Assembly (NCBI GenBank): GCA_002633005.1
Contig: NMRA01000026.1
Location: 193,407-257,406, forward strand
Direction: 5' to 3'
DNA length: 64,000 nt
Source of the DNA: Phoronis australis
Lineage: Eukaryota > Animalia > Phoronida
Shown piece after piece: positions 1 to 13,689 of the stretch. Position 1 is the stretch's first letter, and the number at the start of each line of letters is the position of its first letter. Made by a program: the position numbers and the translations under genes. The notes under the pieces were generated by a model. That model ran no database searches and was not told the origin of the DNA. It worked only from the letters and a program-made list of their open reading frames with translations.

Positions 1-999
1 TGGCGAGACAATCCGCAAAAGAGTGTGCAGTTGCCAAGTATGGTGTGTCCACAATCTAACCACAAAGGAAGGTTTAAACAGATTTTGACGTCGAAATTTA
101 GTTTTGTAAAAGGTAAAGAAGAAAAGAATTACAAAACGGTTTTACAAACCTGAGAATAGAAAGGCTCCACCCAGCAGTCCAACAGGTTTGAAAGATACGT
201 CCACACGCTGCGGCGTCAAGTGAGGCTGTGGCGGGAATGATCGTCTGAAAAACAAAACACCCCACGCAGCTCTTCAAGTAGCCAATCAATGAAGCCTTTC
301 GTGTCACGCCGTGGTATACAGTCATGCTATTTGAGATTATATATAGCTCATTGGTCATGTTGCTATTTATGGAGGACTACGTCAACTACCATGAGGGTTC
401 CATGCTATAAAAAATACTTGCAAGGAAATCACGGGAATTTTCGCTCGTCCTTCTGAGCGGCTTTTACTAGGATCAAAAAGAGCACGGCGCTGGAGTGGGA
501 TACAGTTGTGATGACCGCATTGTCCGGTGCGAGCAAGACCCACTTAAGTGTAATTACCCCCACCGTAAACCGTTGGAAACATCTTTGTCTGTGCATATTG
601 GCAATAAGTTTCATTAAAAACGAATACCACGGCGGTATTCAGATGGATAAAAGAATCAAGTAAGGTTTTCGATTTTTAAAAATCCAGGAACTAATAAGCT
701 AAAAACATTGGGTGCGTATTGATATACTCGTTGGATTTACAAACGCTGGTCGGAATTAACAATATCAAATGCATTATTCTTTTACTATTCTTTCAATCTC
801 GTTTAACCAGATTTTTTACTAGGAAAAAGATGTACTTAACTTGTGCCCACTCTTCAATTTGTAAGACTGACATCAAGCTAGAATAGTTTGTCAGTGCAAC
901 CGAAATTGTCCACAGATTCCAAATCTTCAGTTTGGCCACCACCATATTTGCAGTTTTGTATGAATTTGATGATTCGAGTTCTAATAAAGATTAGTGACG

Positions 1000-2060
1000 T
1001 GTAGTTTTGTTTGTTGTGAAATGTTCATTGTAGGAGTAATCTGGAAAGTTCACGGATGGGTTTACACTTCACTACACTAATTAAGTTTTGCTGGCGATCA
1101 AAATCTACCATCGTTTTGGTACTTCAAGTTTAAAATAAAATGAAAAGATATCAACCCGTTACCGGTAAGAAAAAAGTAGACAGGAATATTAAAAATGGAA
1201 CAACATAAACCGGTATGAAACATATTTAAAGCCATCTCTCCTTTAGGAAGTGTCCCTTTGCCAAGATAAACACAAATAATCTTTTTTAGTCTTTTAGTTA
1301 AAACTATTGGCAAATGTCAGAGAAACCAATTTGGGGGAGACAGTAGTCCAATTTTTGGTGAAACTCGTCGACATTTTGACTGAAAACGTTTAAAAAAATT
1401 GCTTTCTGTGCCTGGTGCTACAAAGTTCCCGTAGCTTGTGTCCAGACTAATTTAAGAATAAGGCAAATATTACCTTTTCTAAATACCGCTATTTTTGTAT
1501 TTGTAAGGTTGACTTTCATACCCCAATCCTGACAGTATTCATGCACAACGTTAACCTGTTGCTGTTGTTTAAATGCTGCCTCTGCCCAACCAACCATATC
1601 ATCAGCGTATAGCAACATACAGATTTGAGACAAATTCTCATTTACGTAAATTCCGCTATTTGAAGATTCTCTTTAGTAATCAACAAACTAACTCGTTCAA
1701 ATACATACTTAATAAAAAAAGGACTAAGCACACACCATTGGTGAGTACCAATATTATTACTGAAAGAGTCAGTTAACCCACGCTCAGTTCTTACATACGT
1801 TCTTAGCTTTGAATATATACTTTTCATTAATTTAAAACACTACCATGAATTCCTATTTTTGCAGCCCATTCCACAAAAACCTACGTGAAATGCAGTCAGA
1901 GGCCGAGAAAAATACATTTATATAGCATACGATTTGCCCCTGCACTTACTCAAGTACTTATGAACAATTCCTTGTAAGGTAAAAATTGTACTATTGTACT
2001 GTACCCTTTCTAAACTTGAACCAGCCTGAGCTTCGTTAAAAAGCTATTTCAACTGTGGCG
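1000..2060 (-). mobile_element. Decayed non-LTR retrotransposon (LINE) reverse transcriptase fragment
   Basis: Minus-strand translation across frameshifts gives RT motifs in order: NEAQAG..RKG, IFTLQGIVHKYL, KSIYSKLRTYVRTERGLTDSFSNNIGTHQWCVLSPFF (cf. GVRQGCVLSP), LLYADDMV and EYCQDWGMKVNLTNTKIAVFRKG. Stops and frameshifts are present, the clade is not assigned, and the lower boundary is approximate. Confidence 0.9.
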
Positions 2061-2104
2061 TTTTTTTCATACACTCATTCACTTATGAGAAGAAGTCAAT
2101 TTTC

Positions 2105-2760
2105 TTATAATACAACACAGAAGTGATTATAAAGGAAACATATTGTTTGAATCATTTTAAAGAGATGCCTGCAAAACCCCCACTGTTTGGAAGTTTTATA
2201 CGAAGTGTTAAACACAATAAGATTCACTGCCTCAAAAAGTATAAATTTGAGCTTTTTAAGACAAGGTTGAGACCCATCTCTCGTCGATGTATAAATATAA
2301 TGTTGAGCGCGGGTGTATATGGTATTGAAGATTTCGCTTAGATTGACAATAAAGCGAACTAAAAAGTGGTACATTGATGGTTCAGCGTGTAAGTTAAAAA
2401 CTTTACTTATGAAATGATGTAAAGAATTCCAGAAACGTTTAGCACAGAAGTAGCTGTGAAACAAATGGAAAGTCTCGCTACAGTAGGGACATTGATCAGT
2501 TTGTGAAATACCAACTATTTTTAACATCTTGTTTATACAAATTCTTTTGTGGATGAAAAGGTATTTAAACATTGTCAAATGAGGGTTTATGGGTAGACTG
2601 AAAGGGAGACAATATATTTCTTTAATTTTGTCGTCTGTGTAATAATTGAGTAAAGTCTCATAATTAATGGCAATATTGGTTCCTAATTGTTTCTGGTTGG
2701 TCTTTCAAAGTCATTGGAAGACCTTTGCTCATAACATTAATTGGAACTTTGGTCTCGCGT
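2105..2760 (-). mobile_element. Decayed L1/Tx1-type LINE ORF2 C-terminal (zf-RVT-like CCHC) fragment
   Basis: FKYLFIHKRICINKMLKIVGISQTDQCPYCSETFHLFHSYFCAKRFWNSL matches the FQYKxLHRxxxTNxxLxKxGxxxSxxCxFCxxETxxHLFxxCxxxxxFW pattern of L1/Tx1 ORF2 ends. A partial second copy lies at 4830-5190. Confidence 0.8.
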
Positions 2761-5700
2761 AATATGAAACTCAACATTTTCTGCTGAATCGTCAGAATGA
2801 TGGCCAGGTCACGTGATCAGATGTGGCACCCGGCAGGAGGACAGGTCATGCACAGTACATGTAGATTGAAGGAACTGAGCTGGTATTGAAGCGATGGCAT
2901 TGGTGTCACCTGCTACCGGATATCTGCTTTGTGGCATCATGCTACGATCTCTGTCGCGAAACCTTTTTACGTGATGACCGTCCAAATATGGCAAGAAGGT
3001 TGTTGAGTACGAAAGAAGTCATGGATCATTTTATCGAGTTCTTTTTGAAGATCGATCCTTATCATGCCTACGCAATTACCACGAGGACTTTCGGTAGAGA
3101 AATAGCCGCACAGAAACCCGCATCAGTACAATATTTTATCCACTTGATGCACTTGATTTAATTGTGAAACTGTCCGTGAAGACAACGTCAATACTAAGCC
3201 GCTCATCTATAGATTCTAAAAATGTCCTTACCCTAAAATGACATTATTTCAGCTGCCAGCGAAGAACAATCCGGAATGTTTACATGTCAAAAACTTGATC
3301 TGCCGAAAATCAAAGGCCGGGCTAGCCACACGTCTCCTTCCAAAATGTGACTTGGCAACCTCCCCTCAACGGCTGGCAGCAGTGTTCAAGCTTCAGCAAA
3401 TAAATGTGCTGGCCCGCCGGGGCAGTTACTTGAATATGAGACCACATCCACTTAGGGCCCCCTGTGTATGTGAATGTTTACTTGGCCCGGCCGCAGCACT
3501 GGTCCCGGGCGAACGCTAGCTGGTAGTATCTACATTCTGAACGAACGTCGACACTAATATTAGCATGGCAAGGATTTTTAAGTAAATATTTGTTAAGATC
3601 AATTAGAATGTTCCTTGGTTTCTTCAGAAGATTTTAACTGGCACGCACGCTCACACTCGAACCTGGATCAAAGCTTTTATAGTATATATCTTTGCCTGGA
3701 TACACCGCTGGTGTATAGATGGCGCTTTAATCAAATGGTCTCAAATGGCTGGTTGATCTCAAGTAGGCCACGCATTAACACAGTTATTCTAATAACTGAC
3801 CACAAAATGTTAATTGTATAATACCTAACAATAACTTAAAGCGGTTATAAACGACAGCATTAACGTCTTGTCGTATGTCAGAATTGTGATTGCTAATACG
3901 TTGCTAACACTAACTAACCAAAACATTTACAAGGCCAGTCTCTCTATCTTGATTTTTCAGTTTCAGAGTTGAAGCATTCACGTTGTGACATGTAACTTAC
4001 TGAGCCTGGTTTGGAGCGACAATCGTTCTTTCCGTGATCAGCGATCTTTTTAAACTTAGAAAGCATGCTCACACCTAGCCAAAAAGTGGGGAGGGGGGTT
4101 GAATCTTGAGAATGTGGACCTTTTATTAAGATTCACGGGGTGTGTTCAGATTTATCAATTTTGCATTCGCAGAATTGTAGTAGGTAGTTCCTGCCTTATT
4201 AGTGGTCATTTGACTCGTTTTCTACTTTTTTGGAATTTCTGTTTAATTCTCTGAGGCGGACCTTTTTNTTCTGTTTAATTCTCTGAGGCGGACCTTTTTA
4301 TCTACTTTGTCAAATGGGGAGCCCCCGTGGAAAAAGAGAAAGCAATTTTTATTACAGTTAATGGCCTAAATCAATGTTGTTTTTGATAGAAAGAACGTGT
4401 TGAACGCATTGCTTTAAGCAATTGAATACTTTATAACATACTTGAATGTTGCTCACGATTCTCAGGTGCAATCAGATTTCTGTAAATAGCAACGTCAACA
4501 GAAAGTTTCTTGATGTCATTTAGGCTGTGTGACTGTGTGTGTGATTAAATAAAATTTTACAGAAAACCAAAGAAGGCCAGTAAAATAGCATTGCTAAATT
4601 TTCCTAACAATTATTTCGAATGTACGGGAAGTTGAAGATGAACTTGGAAATAAATTGGGCAGCCATTACCGACGACATCACGGCAAAGATACTATTAAAT
4701 CTTGACGTAGTCTAGCCCTGTTCGACCGCAGGTGCAGGTGTTCAAGCAAAGGGTTTTACTCGTAATTTTAGTTGGGTCTGCTCGCGGTATCCTCGTACCG
4801 CCAGTATCGCACGAATGAATAACACCAGNATGTAAAGAATTCCAGAAACGTTTAGCACAGAAGCAGCTGTAAAACATATGATGGAAAGTCTCGCCACAGT
4901 AGGGACATTGATCAGTTTGTGAAATACCAAATATTTTTAACATCTTGTTTATACAAATTCTTTTGTGGATGAAAAGGTATTTAAACATTGTCAAATGAGG
5001 GTTTAAGAGTAGACTGAAAGGGAGACTATATATTTCTTTAATTTCGTCGTCTGTGTAATAATTGAGTAAAGTCTCATATATTAATGGCAATATTGGTTCC
5101 TAATTGTTTCTGCTTGGTCTTTCAAAGTCATTGGAAGAGCTTTGCTCATAACATTAATTGGAACTTTGGTCTGGCGTAATATGAAACTCAACATTTTCTG
5201 CTGAATCGTCCGACGGCCAGATCACGTGATCAGATGTGGCACCCGGCAGGAGGACAAGTCATGCACAGTGTGATGTCATACATGTACATGTTCATGTAGA
5301 TTGAATGAACTGAGCTGGTATTGAAGCGATGAACCATGGCATTGGTGTCACCTGCTACCGAATATCTGCCGCCCGTTCAGTAACGCTAGGACCTCACTAA
5401 AACTGAAGCAAGACTTCGCGAGATTACGTGAGATATTGCTGTGCATTTTAAATGAGAGCACGTGACTTTGACTAGGTTTTAGCTAGGTCCTAGCGCAAGT
5501 CCTAGCGTCTACTGAACGCACGCCCGCTATGTGGCATCATGCTACGATCTCAGGCGCGAAACCTTTTTACGTGATGACCGTCCAAATATGGCAAGAAGGT
5601 TGTTGAGTACGAAAGAAGTCATGGTTCATTTTATCGACTACTTTTTGAAGATCGATCCGTTTCATGCCAACGCAATTACCACGAGGACTTTCGGTCGAGA

Positions 5701-7369
5701 AATAGCCGCACAGAAACCCGCATCAGTACAATATTTTATCCACTTGATGCACTTGATTTAATTGTGAAACTGTCCGTGAAGACAACGTCAATACTAAGCC
5801 GCTCATCTATGATTCTAAAAATGTCCTTACCTAAAATGATATTATTTCAGCTGCCAGCGAAGAGCAATCCGGAATGTTTACATGTCAAAAACTTGATCTG
5901 CCGAAAATCAAAGGCCGGGTTAGCCACACGTCTCCTTCCCAAATGTGACTTGGCAACCTCCCCTCAATGGCTGGCAGCAGTGTTCAAGCTCCAGCAAATA
6001 AATGTGCTGGCCCGCCGGGGCAGTTACTTGAAAATGAGACCACATCCACTTAGGGCCCCTAGTGTTTGTGAATGTTTACTTGGCCCGGCCGCAGCACTGG
6101 TCCCGGGCGAACGCTAGCTGGTAGTATCTACATTCTGAACGAACGTCGACACTAATATTAGCATGACAAGGATTTTTAAGTAAATATTTGTTAAGATCAG
6201 TTAGAATGTTCCTTGGTTTCTTCAGAAAATTTTAACTGGAACGCACGCTCACACTCGAACCTGGATCAAAGCTTTTATAGTATCTTTGCCTGGATACACC
6301 GTTGGTGTATAGATGGCGCTTTAATCAAGTGGTCTCAAATGGCTGGTTGATCTCAAGTAGGCCACGCATTAACACAGTTATTCTAACTGACCACAAAATG
6401 TTAATTGTATAATACCTAACAATAACTTAAAGCGGTTATAAACGACAGCATTAACGTATTGTAATTGCTAACACTAACTAACCAAAACATTTACAAGGCC
6501 AGTCTCTCTATCTTGATTTTTCAGTTTCAGAGTTGAAGCATTCACGTTGTGACATGTAACTTACTGAGCTTGGTTTGGAGTGACAACCGTTCTTTCCGTG
6601 ATCAGCGATCTTTTTAAACTTAGAAAGCATGCTCACACCTAGCCAAAAAGTGGGGAGGGGGGTTGAATCTTGAGAATGTGAACCTTTTGAGATTCACGGG
6701 GTGTGTTCAGAGTTATCAATTTTGCATTCGCAGAATTGTAGTAGGTAGTTCCTGCCTTATTAGTGGTCATTTGACTCGTTTTCTACTTTTTTGGAATTTC
6801 TGTTTAATTCTCTGAGGCGGACCTTTTTATCTACTTTGTCAAATGGGGAGCCCCCGTGGAAAAAGAGAAAGCAGTTTTTATTACAGTTAATGGCCTAAAT
6901 CAATGTTGTTTTTGATAGAAAGAACGTGTTGAACGCATTGCTTTAAGCAATTGAATACTTTATAACATACTTGAATGTTGCTCACGATTCTCAGGTGCAA
7001 TCAGTTTTCTGTAAATAGCAGCGTCAACAGAAAGTTTCTTGATGTCATTTAGGCTGTGTGACTGAGTGTGTGATTAAATAAAGGTTAACTAAGTTTTTAC
7101 AGAAAACCAGAGAAGGCCAGTAAAATAGCATTACTAAAATTTCCTAACAATTATTTCGAATGTACGGGAATTTGAAGATGAACTTGGAAATAAATTGCGC
7201 AGTCATTCATTACCGACATCACGGCAAAGATACTATTAAATCTTGACGTAGTCTAGCCCTGTTCGACCGCAGGTGCAGGTGTTCAAGCAAAGGGTTTTAC
7301 TCGAAATTTTGGTTGGGTCTGCTCGCGGTATCCTCGTACCGCCAGTATCGCACGAATGAATAACACCAG
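2417..7369. repeat. Near-identical tandem duplication (2417-4828 / 4830-7369) joined at a single N; probable haplotype assembly artefact
   Basis: The sequence after n4829 restarts at the sequence of 2417 and runs colinearly, with scattered SNPs and indels, to 7369. Confidence 0.9.
5369..5523. mobile_element. 155-bp MITE with CWG-type 3-bp TSD (PIF/Harbinger-like)
   Basis: Imperfect TIRs around CGTTCAGTA / TACTGAACG, flanked by CTG (5366-5368) and CCG (5524-5526). It is absent from the duplicate copy (ATAT-CTG-CTTTGTGGC near 2925). An inverted homologue lies at 48248-48390. Confidence 0.8.
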
Positions 7370-8258
7370 AGAAACTGACAAGCCTTATTTCAGACTAGAT
7401 CCACTTTCACGAACACTGCCGATCACTTCCAGACACGAATAATAAGTCGTGTTACACTGCAATATAACGGTAATGATTTGAACAATGAGAGTCTAAAAAA
7501 TTGAACAGGGCTATAAACCGTTTACTACAACTGTGTTTGTGTATTTACACTTGAGCATGGCTTCAATATTTAGGCGTAATTCGACCTCTAACCATTGACA
7601 ACTTTTGTTACGATTTATTTGTATCACTTTACAGTTGAGCGGTCAGTATGAATGAGCGCTTATCAGAGGCTTTTATCGTTAAGCGGGTGCAGTCAATAAG
7701 GTCCATTCCAAACAAACCAGAGGCATTCGAGACTCGTGTTGAACCGGTGTTGTGATTTATTTAGAAATGTTGGACGAAAATCACTGAAGCGACGGCAAAA
7801 TTCCAGACAACCAGAATTACGATGAGTTGGTGTTTAGAACTGGATTCCCACCACTGTGACAGGCCTCGTGGAAAACAAACGGAGCTGCGGGCGACTTGGT
7901 CGGCTGACCATGCTGGGGAAAATTCTTGAATTTGATGGTTGACACCGCCTGCAATCCATAGGCTACGTAAACAATAACCGGGTCTTCTTGCAGCGAAGTT
8001 TTGTGAGAGCTTATGAGCTGGACGGTATTGTTTAGTGGTATTCATCTTCACGTTTAACAACATTTATGGGTTTGTTAGGGATGAAATTACGACAATAGTG
8101 TAATGTTGTTAGTCGCCACAAATTGATCTAACCTGGATACATAGCGATTCCAGGGGGATCGTACTCATTAAAATATGACCAACGTGACTGGTAGGCCTAT
8201 GTGAACTTCGTAGGCCTCTTGCTGAAGAACTAATTTCCAATCACTGATCGAGACGGTG

Positions 8259-9080
8259 ATGTCTGAACGAGTCCACTGTTTGAGGTCGTGCAGTCTTGAC
8301 GCAGACGCCGCCCTTTGCCAAGAGAAAGATGTGAAGAAAAAACTTTTGAATGCTGAGACAAGAGAAGAGAGTAGGTGCAGGGAGTTTATTTCGCAACATC
8401 AAGGACGAAAACCGCGGTTAAAGGATAGCTTTTGTGGCTGGTTTGACGATATTTCTCTGAGGTCCTATGAAAAAGAGGAGATAACTTCAAAGAACGGTGC
8501 TAGCAGTTACCTAAGATACGAGCCAGTCTGGAAGAGAACATCAAATACCTTTCATTTTCAGCATTATTCTGACAGCTCTCAATACATAGACCAGTACAGG
8601 ACTCATCATGTGATACAGCCTAGCTTATCTTACGTGAAAGGTACCGAGCTGGCGAGGTCAAGAACTATTCACCATCTACCGCAATATGTGTCTCACTACA
8701 TTCCCCCCTCTGTGTCTAAGGGACCTTCAGTAATAGAGCCGTGCAATACCAGTAGAAGTATTGAATCAAAAAATGAAGGAAGGAATGTCATAGGTAAATT
8801 GTCGTACAAACATTCGACTCCACCTGTTCAACGCAAAGATTCTGATTCTGGGGAGTCGGTGGAATCGATTAAATGCAGTTCACCCACTCAGCAGGTGAAT
8901 ACGAAACCATACACCGGCCGCAGGATGGATCCTAATTCCCCCAATGGTATTGGGGTGAATCTGACACCTACGAAACCCAAGCAGACGTACCAGAATATCC
9001 CTAGTGCGCCTTATTTTAACGGTTATGCCAAGAAACCTGTTAAATCCAATTCGAGTTTGGATAGAACACCGCCATTGTAA
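8259..9080 (+). CDS. Uncharacterised Ser/Pro/Lys-rich, probably disordered protein (273 aa if unspliced); probable coding exon
   Basis: Longest ORF in the window. A consensus donor CCATT|GTAAGT at 9076/9077 (phase 2) overlaps the stop codon. A candidate acceptor TCACTTTACAG ends at 7634. No domain recognised. Confidence 0.6.
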   Translation: MSERVHCLRSCSLDADAALCQEKDVKKKLLNAETREESRCREFISQHQGRKPRLKDSFCGWFDDISLRSYEKEEITSKNGASSYLRYEPVWKRTSNTFHFQHYSDSSQYIDQYRTHHVIQPSLSYVKGTELARSRTIHHLPQYVSHYIPPSVSKGPSVIEPCNTSRSIESKNEGRNVIGKLSYKHSTPPVQRKDSDSGESVESIKCSSPTQQVNTKPYTGRRMDPNSPNGIGVNLTPTKPKQTYQNIPSAPYFNGYAKKPVKSNSSLDRTPPL

Positions 9081-9751
9081 GTATGGTTATATGTGGCTAC
9101 TTATGTTTTTTTAATAATTTTGGTGGGATCAATAATTCACGACTATTAAATGCACCTTGCAATCATTCAAATGATTTCATCAATAACTTGCGACACTGTG
9201 GCCGTCATGGTAATATGTTGGGAAAATGATATTTCAATTCATCAGGGACAATTCTAAACAAAATAACTTTCAAAGCATTCTATTCCATTTGCATGATGTA
9301 GTACGAGTGGAAATGTGACGCACCTGTACATTTATTGTGAAACTTCTCAGGTGTTTTGTTATCGCTCCAGGCTCTTGAAGTTGGAGTGTCATGCATTGGG
9401 CAGTTGATGTGTGCAGATATTCATAATATACATCAAGACTTTTTGACTAGAGTTTCCAGAAGAGGCTAGACAGTTCTGATGTGTTCTGGCTTTTGATTGG
9501 TCGTAAAAATTATGCCATCGAGAAAATTAGCAACCAAGGCTGGATTTTCGTACTAGGTCACTGATTGGTCGCCTCTAAGCGCAATATAATTATTGTGCCA
9601 CACTGATGCAAACTTTATCCTTAACTACAGACTGTACTAACTCTATTTATGATATACTGTTTATAGGGCAAATTCACATACAGGAACGTAGGATTTTGAG
9701 ATTCAGTTTGATGCCTATTATTTGATGCATGGAAGAACCTCGTTCTCAAAA

Positions 9752-11465
9752 TGCAGGCACGGTATATCCAACTGTTGCCGTAAAATTGACTATAATGTGT
9801 GATGGAATATAAAATATGTAGGATACATGTATGTCATTTTTAAGCTATAGTATCTAGTTTTTCTGTATTTTGGAACGGTCGTTTGTCCAAAGGATTCGTG
9901 AATACCAGAAAGTTATGTTGCACCCTATTGGCAGACACCGACATTAAACAGTTGGTGCACAACAGGCATGAGCCATTAACACCAGTGGTTTTTTTTCGTT
10001 TTCGTCTCATGCAGATATAATGACTAGAATTTTAATTGAATCACCAAACCACATAAATAATAAATAATTCTCCCCATTAATTCAGGAAATATTTATGGAA
10101 GTCATAATCCTTCATAAATTCGTGTCCCAGTGGGAAATATTTTTCATAGTAAATTTTTAAAAAAATATTCACGGCCCGGGTTTATTTCCAACGACTTTCA
10201 CATGGGAACGGCACAAGTAAAGTCACATCCCGTTTTGCTCAAACAATTTAGTTTCCCACTCGCTGGTTAAGTAAAGCAAGTCTTTATAAACCCTGATCGT
10301 CTGTTTACGCTTGTTGTTGGCATTTACACGTTAGCAAACATTCTGGCTTGTAAGTGTTTTTTTTTTTAACTTGGTTTAAACTTCCTAAAGGTTCAGTTTC
10401 ATAAGATGTCAAATATTTGTCTTGCAAATGTTATTCATTTGCTAGAGACAGGAATACAGTGGTAGACACTTCCTCTTGTTACTAGTACTTGCATCAGTTG
10501 CATGTACACTGCAGCCATTGTTTGCTTTTTCATTCATTATAACCAATGTGCTAATGATTGTTCTATGGTTCGTACAATTTTAATTGCCTCCACTTAAGCA
10601 AGTTGGAANTGCAGGCACGTTATATCCGACTGTTGCCGTAAAATTGACTATAATGTGTGATGGAATATAAAATATGTATGATATGTCATTTTTAAGCTGT
10701 AGTATCTAGTTTTTCTTTATTTTGGAACGGTCGTTTGTCCAAAGGATTCGTGAATACCGGAAAGTTATGTTGCACCCTATTGGCAGACACTGACATTAAA
10801 CAGTTGGTGCACAACAGACATGAGCCATTAACACCAGTGGTTTTCGTTTGGGATAAAGTCTCATGCAGATATAATGACTAGAATTTTAATTGAATCACCA
10901 AACCACATAAATATTAAATAATTATCCCCATTAATTCAGGGAATATTTACGGAAGTCATAATCCTTCATAAATTCGTGTCCCAGTGGGAAATATTTTTCA
11001 TGTAGTAAATTTTAAAAAAAAAATATTCACGGCTCGGGTTTATTTCTAACGACTTTCACATGGGAATGGCACAACTAAAGTCACATCCCGTTTTGCTCAA
11101 AGAATTTAGTTTCCCACTCGCTGGCTAAGTAAAGCAAGTCTTTATAAACCCTGATCGTCTGTTTACGCTTGTTGTTGGCATTTACACGTTAGCAAACATT
11201 CTGGCTTGTAAGTGTTTTTTTTTAACTTAGTTTAAACTTCCTAAAGGTTCAGTTTCATAAGATGTCAAATATTTGTCTTGCAAATGTTATTCATTTGCTA
11301 GAGACAGGAATACAGTGGTAGACACTTCCTCTTGTTACTAGTACTTGCATCAGTTGCATGTAGACTGCAGCCATTGTTTGCTTTTTCATTCATTATAACC
11401 AATGTGCTAATGATTGAATCTATGATTCATACAATTTTAATTGCCTCCACTTAAGTAAGTTGGAA
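9752..11465. repeat. Tandem duplication (9752-10608 / 10610-11465) around a single N; probable haplotype artefact
   Basis: Colinear near-identical copies either side of n10609. Confidence 0.9.
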
Positions 11466-11649
11466 TTTAAGGCAAGCTGAAGCCACTAAGTTCCTGGTTT
11501 ACACATTTTGTGTGTTGTTAGACTTTCATGGAAGATGCTCAGTTCACTGTAGCGCAAGGCTCAGTTAAGCGACCTGAAGGTTGCCAATGCGACTTCAGAT
11601 TTCGTTTGGTTACGTGATAAAAATTGTGTGGGGACATGATTCTGCACTT

Positions 11650-11982
11650 CAGAGGCCTCGTTCATCCGACGGGAAACATGCCTGTGCCTTCTGACAATGA
11701 AATATTTCGGGCTGAGGGGAAAATCTTACCTTCCTGTTGCCATCAATAGCCCCCCCCACCCTGTTGCAAGTTCTCATAGGCTCTGCCACAAGTAACCAAA
11801 ACTAACATTTTGTGCTCTTCCAAATTGTCGCCTGTGTGAGTTATAAGTGATTCAAACCCTTTTGGAAATTTTTTATCACTTGAGACTAATTTATAGGCTT
11901 CATTAGGGGAATTTTGAGGATTTTTAACAGAGGGGAATGTGGCCAATATTCAGCCCCCAAAATCGAGGAATTGGGGGCCCTG
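11650..11982 (+). mobile_element. Non-autonomous DNA element with hAT-like CAG(G)GCC...GGCCCTG ends, copy 1
   Basis: Starts CAGAGGCC and ends GGGGCCCTG. The body (CCTCGTTCAT..TGCCTGTGCCTTCTGA..CCATCAATAG..GGGGAATTT) is homologous to 31388-31708. No TSD recognised. Confidence 0.6.
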
Positions 11983-13689
11983 TACATGTCTTGCAAATGT
12001 TATTGTAGCTGGACACAGTATTCAGGGGTAGATCGATGCTTTCTCCTGACAAAATTATGGCCAACATTTTTCGCTGGGGAATGGGGCCTAATGTCAGCCC
12101 CCAAATTGAAATATTGAGGGCCCTTATAATAGAAGGCGTGTTGCTTGTTAATGCGCATAATAGATTTATGACCGAAAAACGCATTTAAAAGGATTATTGT
12201 TGACTGGGATAGACCTTATGAAGTTATTTGCATAGACCAGAGCTATAAAATTAATATAATCCGTTGAATTTTTGTAATTTCCTTACACTAATCACCAGTT
12301 CTTGCCATTTGCTGAAGTCAAATCCAGTGACTTTTAAATACCGGTATGCTTTAAATAGTTCTGGTATTGGTCAAGTGGGGGGGGGGGTGCTGTTGTCACG
12401 TGAGGCTTGCAGTGTTCTGCTAGCCACTTTTAGTTCTGGTGTGTGACTGCATTTATTATGAGTTCAAATCCCCTCAGAAAAGCACTTTTCTTGAGCTGAC
12501 GTAATGTCTCCTTAAAGTGCAACAGGTTCCATTTTTAGGAAACTGTATCTGGACCAGTTGGTCATAGCCAGGTCAGTTTAGAGATATTTATATAATGCTG
12601 TTTTAGAATATCAAAATGCAAAAGTGTCAAATTTGAAGGTGTTTGCCTGATGGATGGCTGTTGCTCCCTGTAATTTCATTCCAAAGTATTGGATGTGGTT
12701 GTGCAAGAAACAACAAAGGATTGAGAATAGAGGTGGGATGATCACAGGCTGTATGGTATGCAGTTTGACCATTGATATTGTATTTTTTCCTGTAGCAGTT
12801 GTGTGGAGCCTGCCCCCTAAAGTTCTTGTGGGAAAGTAATTATTGCCTTTGTATACTCGAATGCACTCCAGGATTGCAACTTTGCTGATTTAGCTCTGGT
12901 ATATTTTTATTGATTTCTTATATGTTAATTACTGTTAATTACCCAAGTGTAAATATTATGGGATAAAGGATAGTGTTTGGGACTGTTTCATGCTTAGAAG
13001 ACCAGTGAGGTGGAATCTATTTGCATGCACTTGTCAATGGACTTGGCTGAAATTGATCGGGGTCAATAAATTAGTCACAAAGGTCAGAAATTGGAAATCA
13101 GAAAATTTGGATATCCATGCTCGGTTTGCTTTATGTATATAGGCTTTAGTTTGTACAACTAGTCTTCATTATGATCCAGTCTAGATAAGACAGAAATAAA
13201 CACTGAAAATAAAACTGTTTTTTAAAAAACAAAGTAAAATACAGGATCATTTCCCACTATGTCCACACTTCGGTGTTTAGGGACGTGCCGGTCAGTGGGA
13301 ACACTTACATTCGATCTTGGATCAACAGTTCAAGCTAAGTTGGCAGTGGTCAATGGGACTTAACAGTGAAGCGTCAAAGTATTGCTACAGTGGGAATGCT
13401 CAACTTCAAAATTATCCACAAGAGTCTCTGTTATGACATGGTGAAGGTCATGTTACACCTGAGCTACTTAGTGGTAACCACATATAGCAATGACTGCGAT
13501 GCCTCTGCTAACTATCCAAGCTAAGGGGAAAGCTCTTTCAAGTTACCAGTAACTTCAAAAGCCTGAAGATAGAAATACCAGTTGTGTCATGCTTTAATGC
13601 ATGGTTGTCAAACTGACATGTTTCATACATGTATCTTTGAACCATGTGATGGAAATGACTGAAGGGACATTTCTGGTATTTGGGAGGCC

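Noticed and set aside
2988-3519. MARRLLSTKEVMDHF... ORF fragments (duplicated at about 5588-6117), faintly like a piggyBac transposase N-terminus
   Set aside because: No catalytic motifs, TIRs or TTAA ends found, and the frames are broken. The second copy is only the assembly duplicate.
7325-7360. GCGGTA-TCCTCG-TACCGC hairpin followed by CGAAT, reminiscent of an HDV-like ribozyme
   Set aside because: The P1, P1.1 and P2 pairings cannot be formed.
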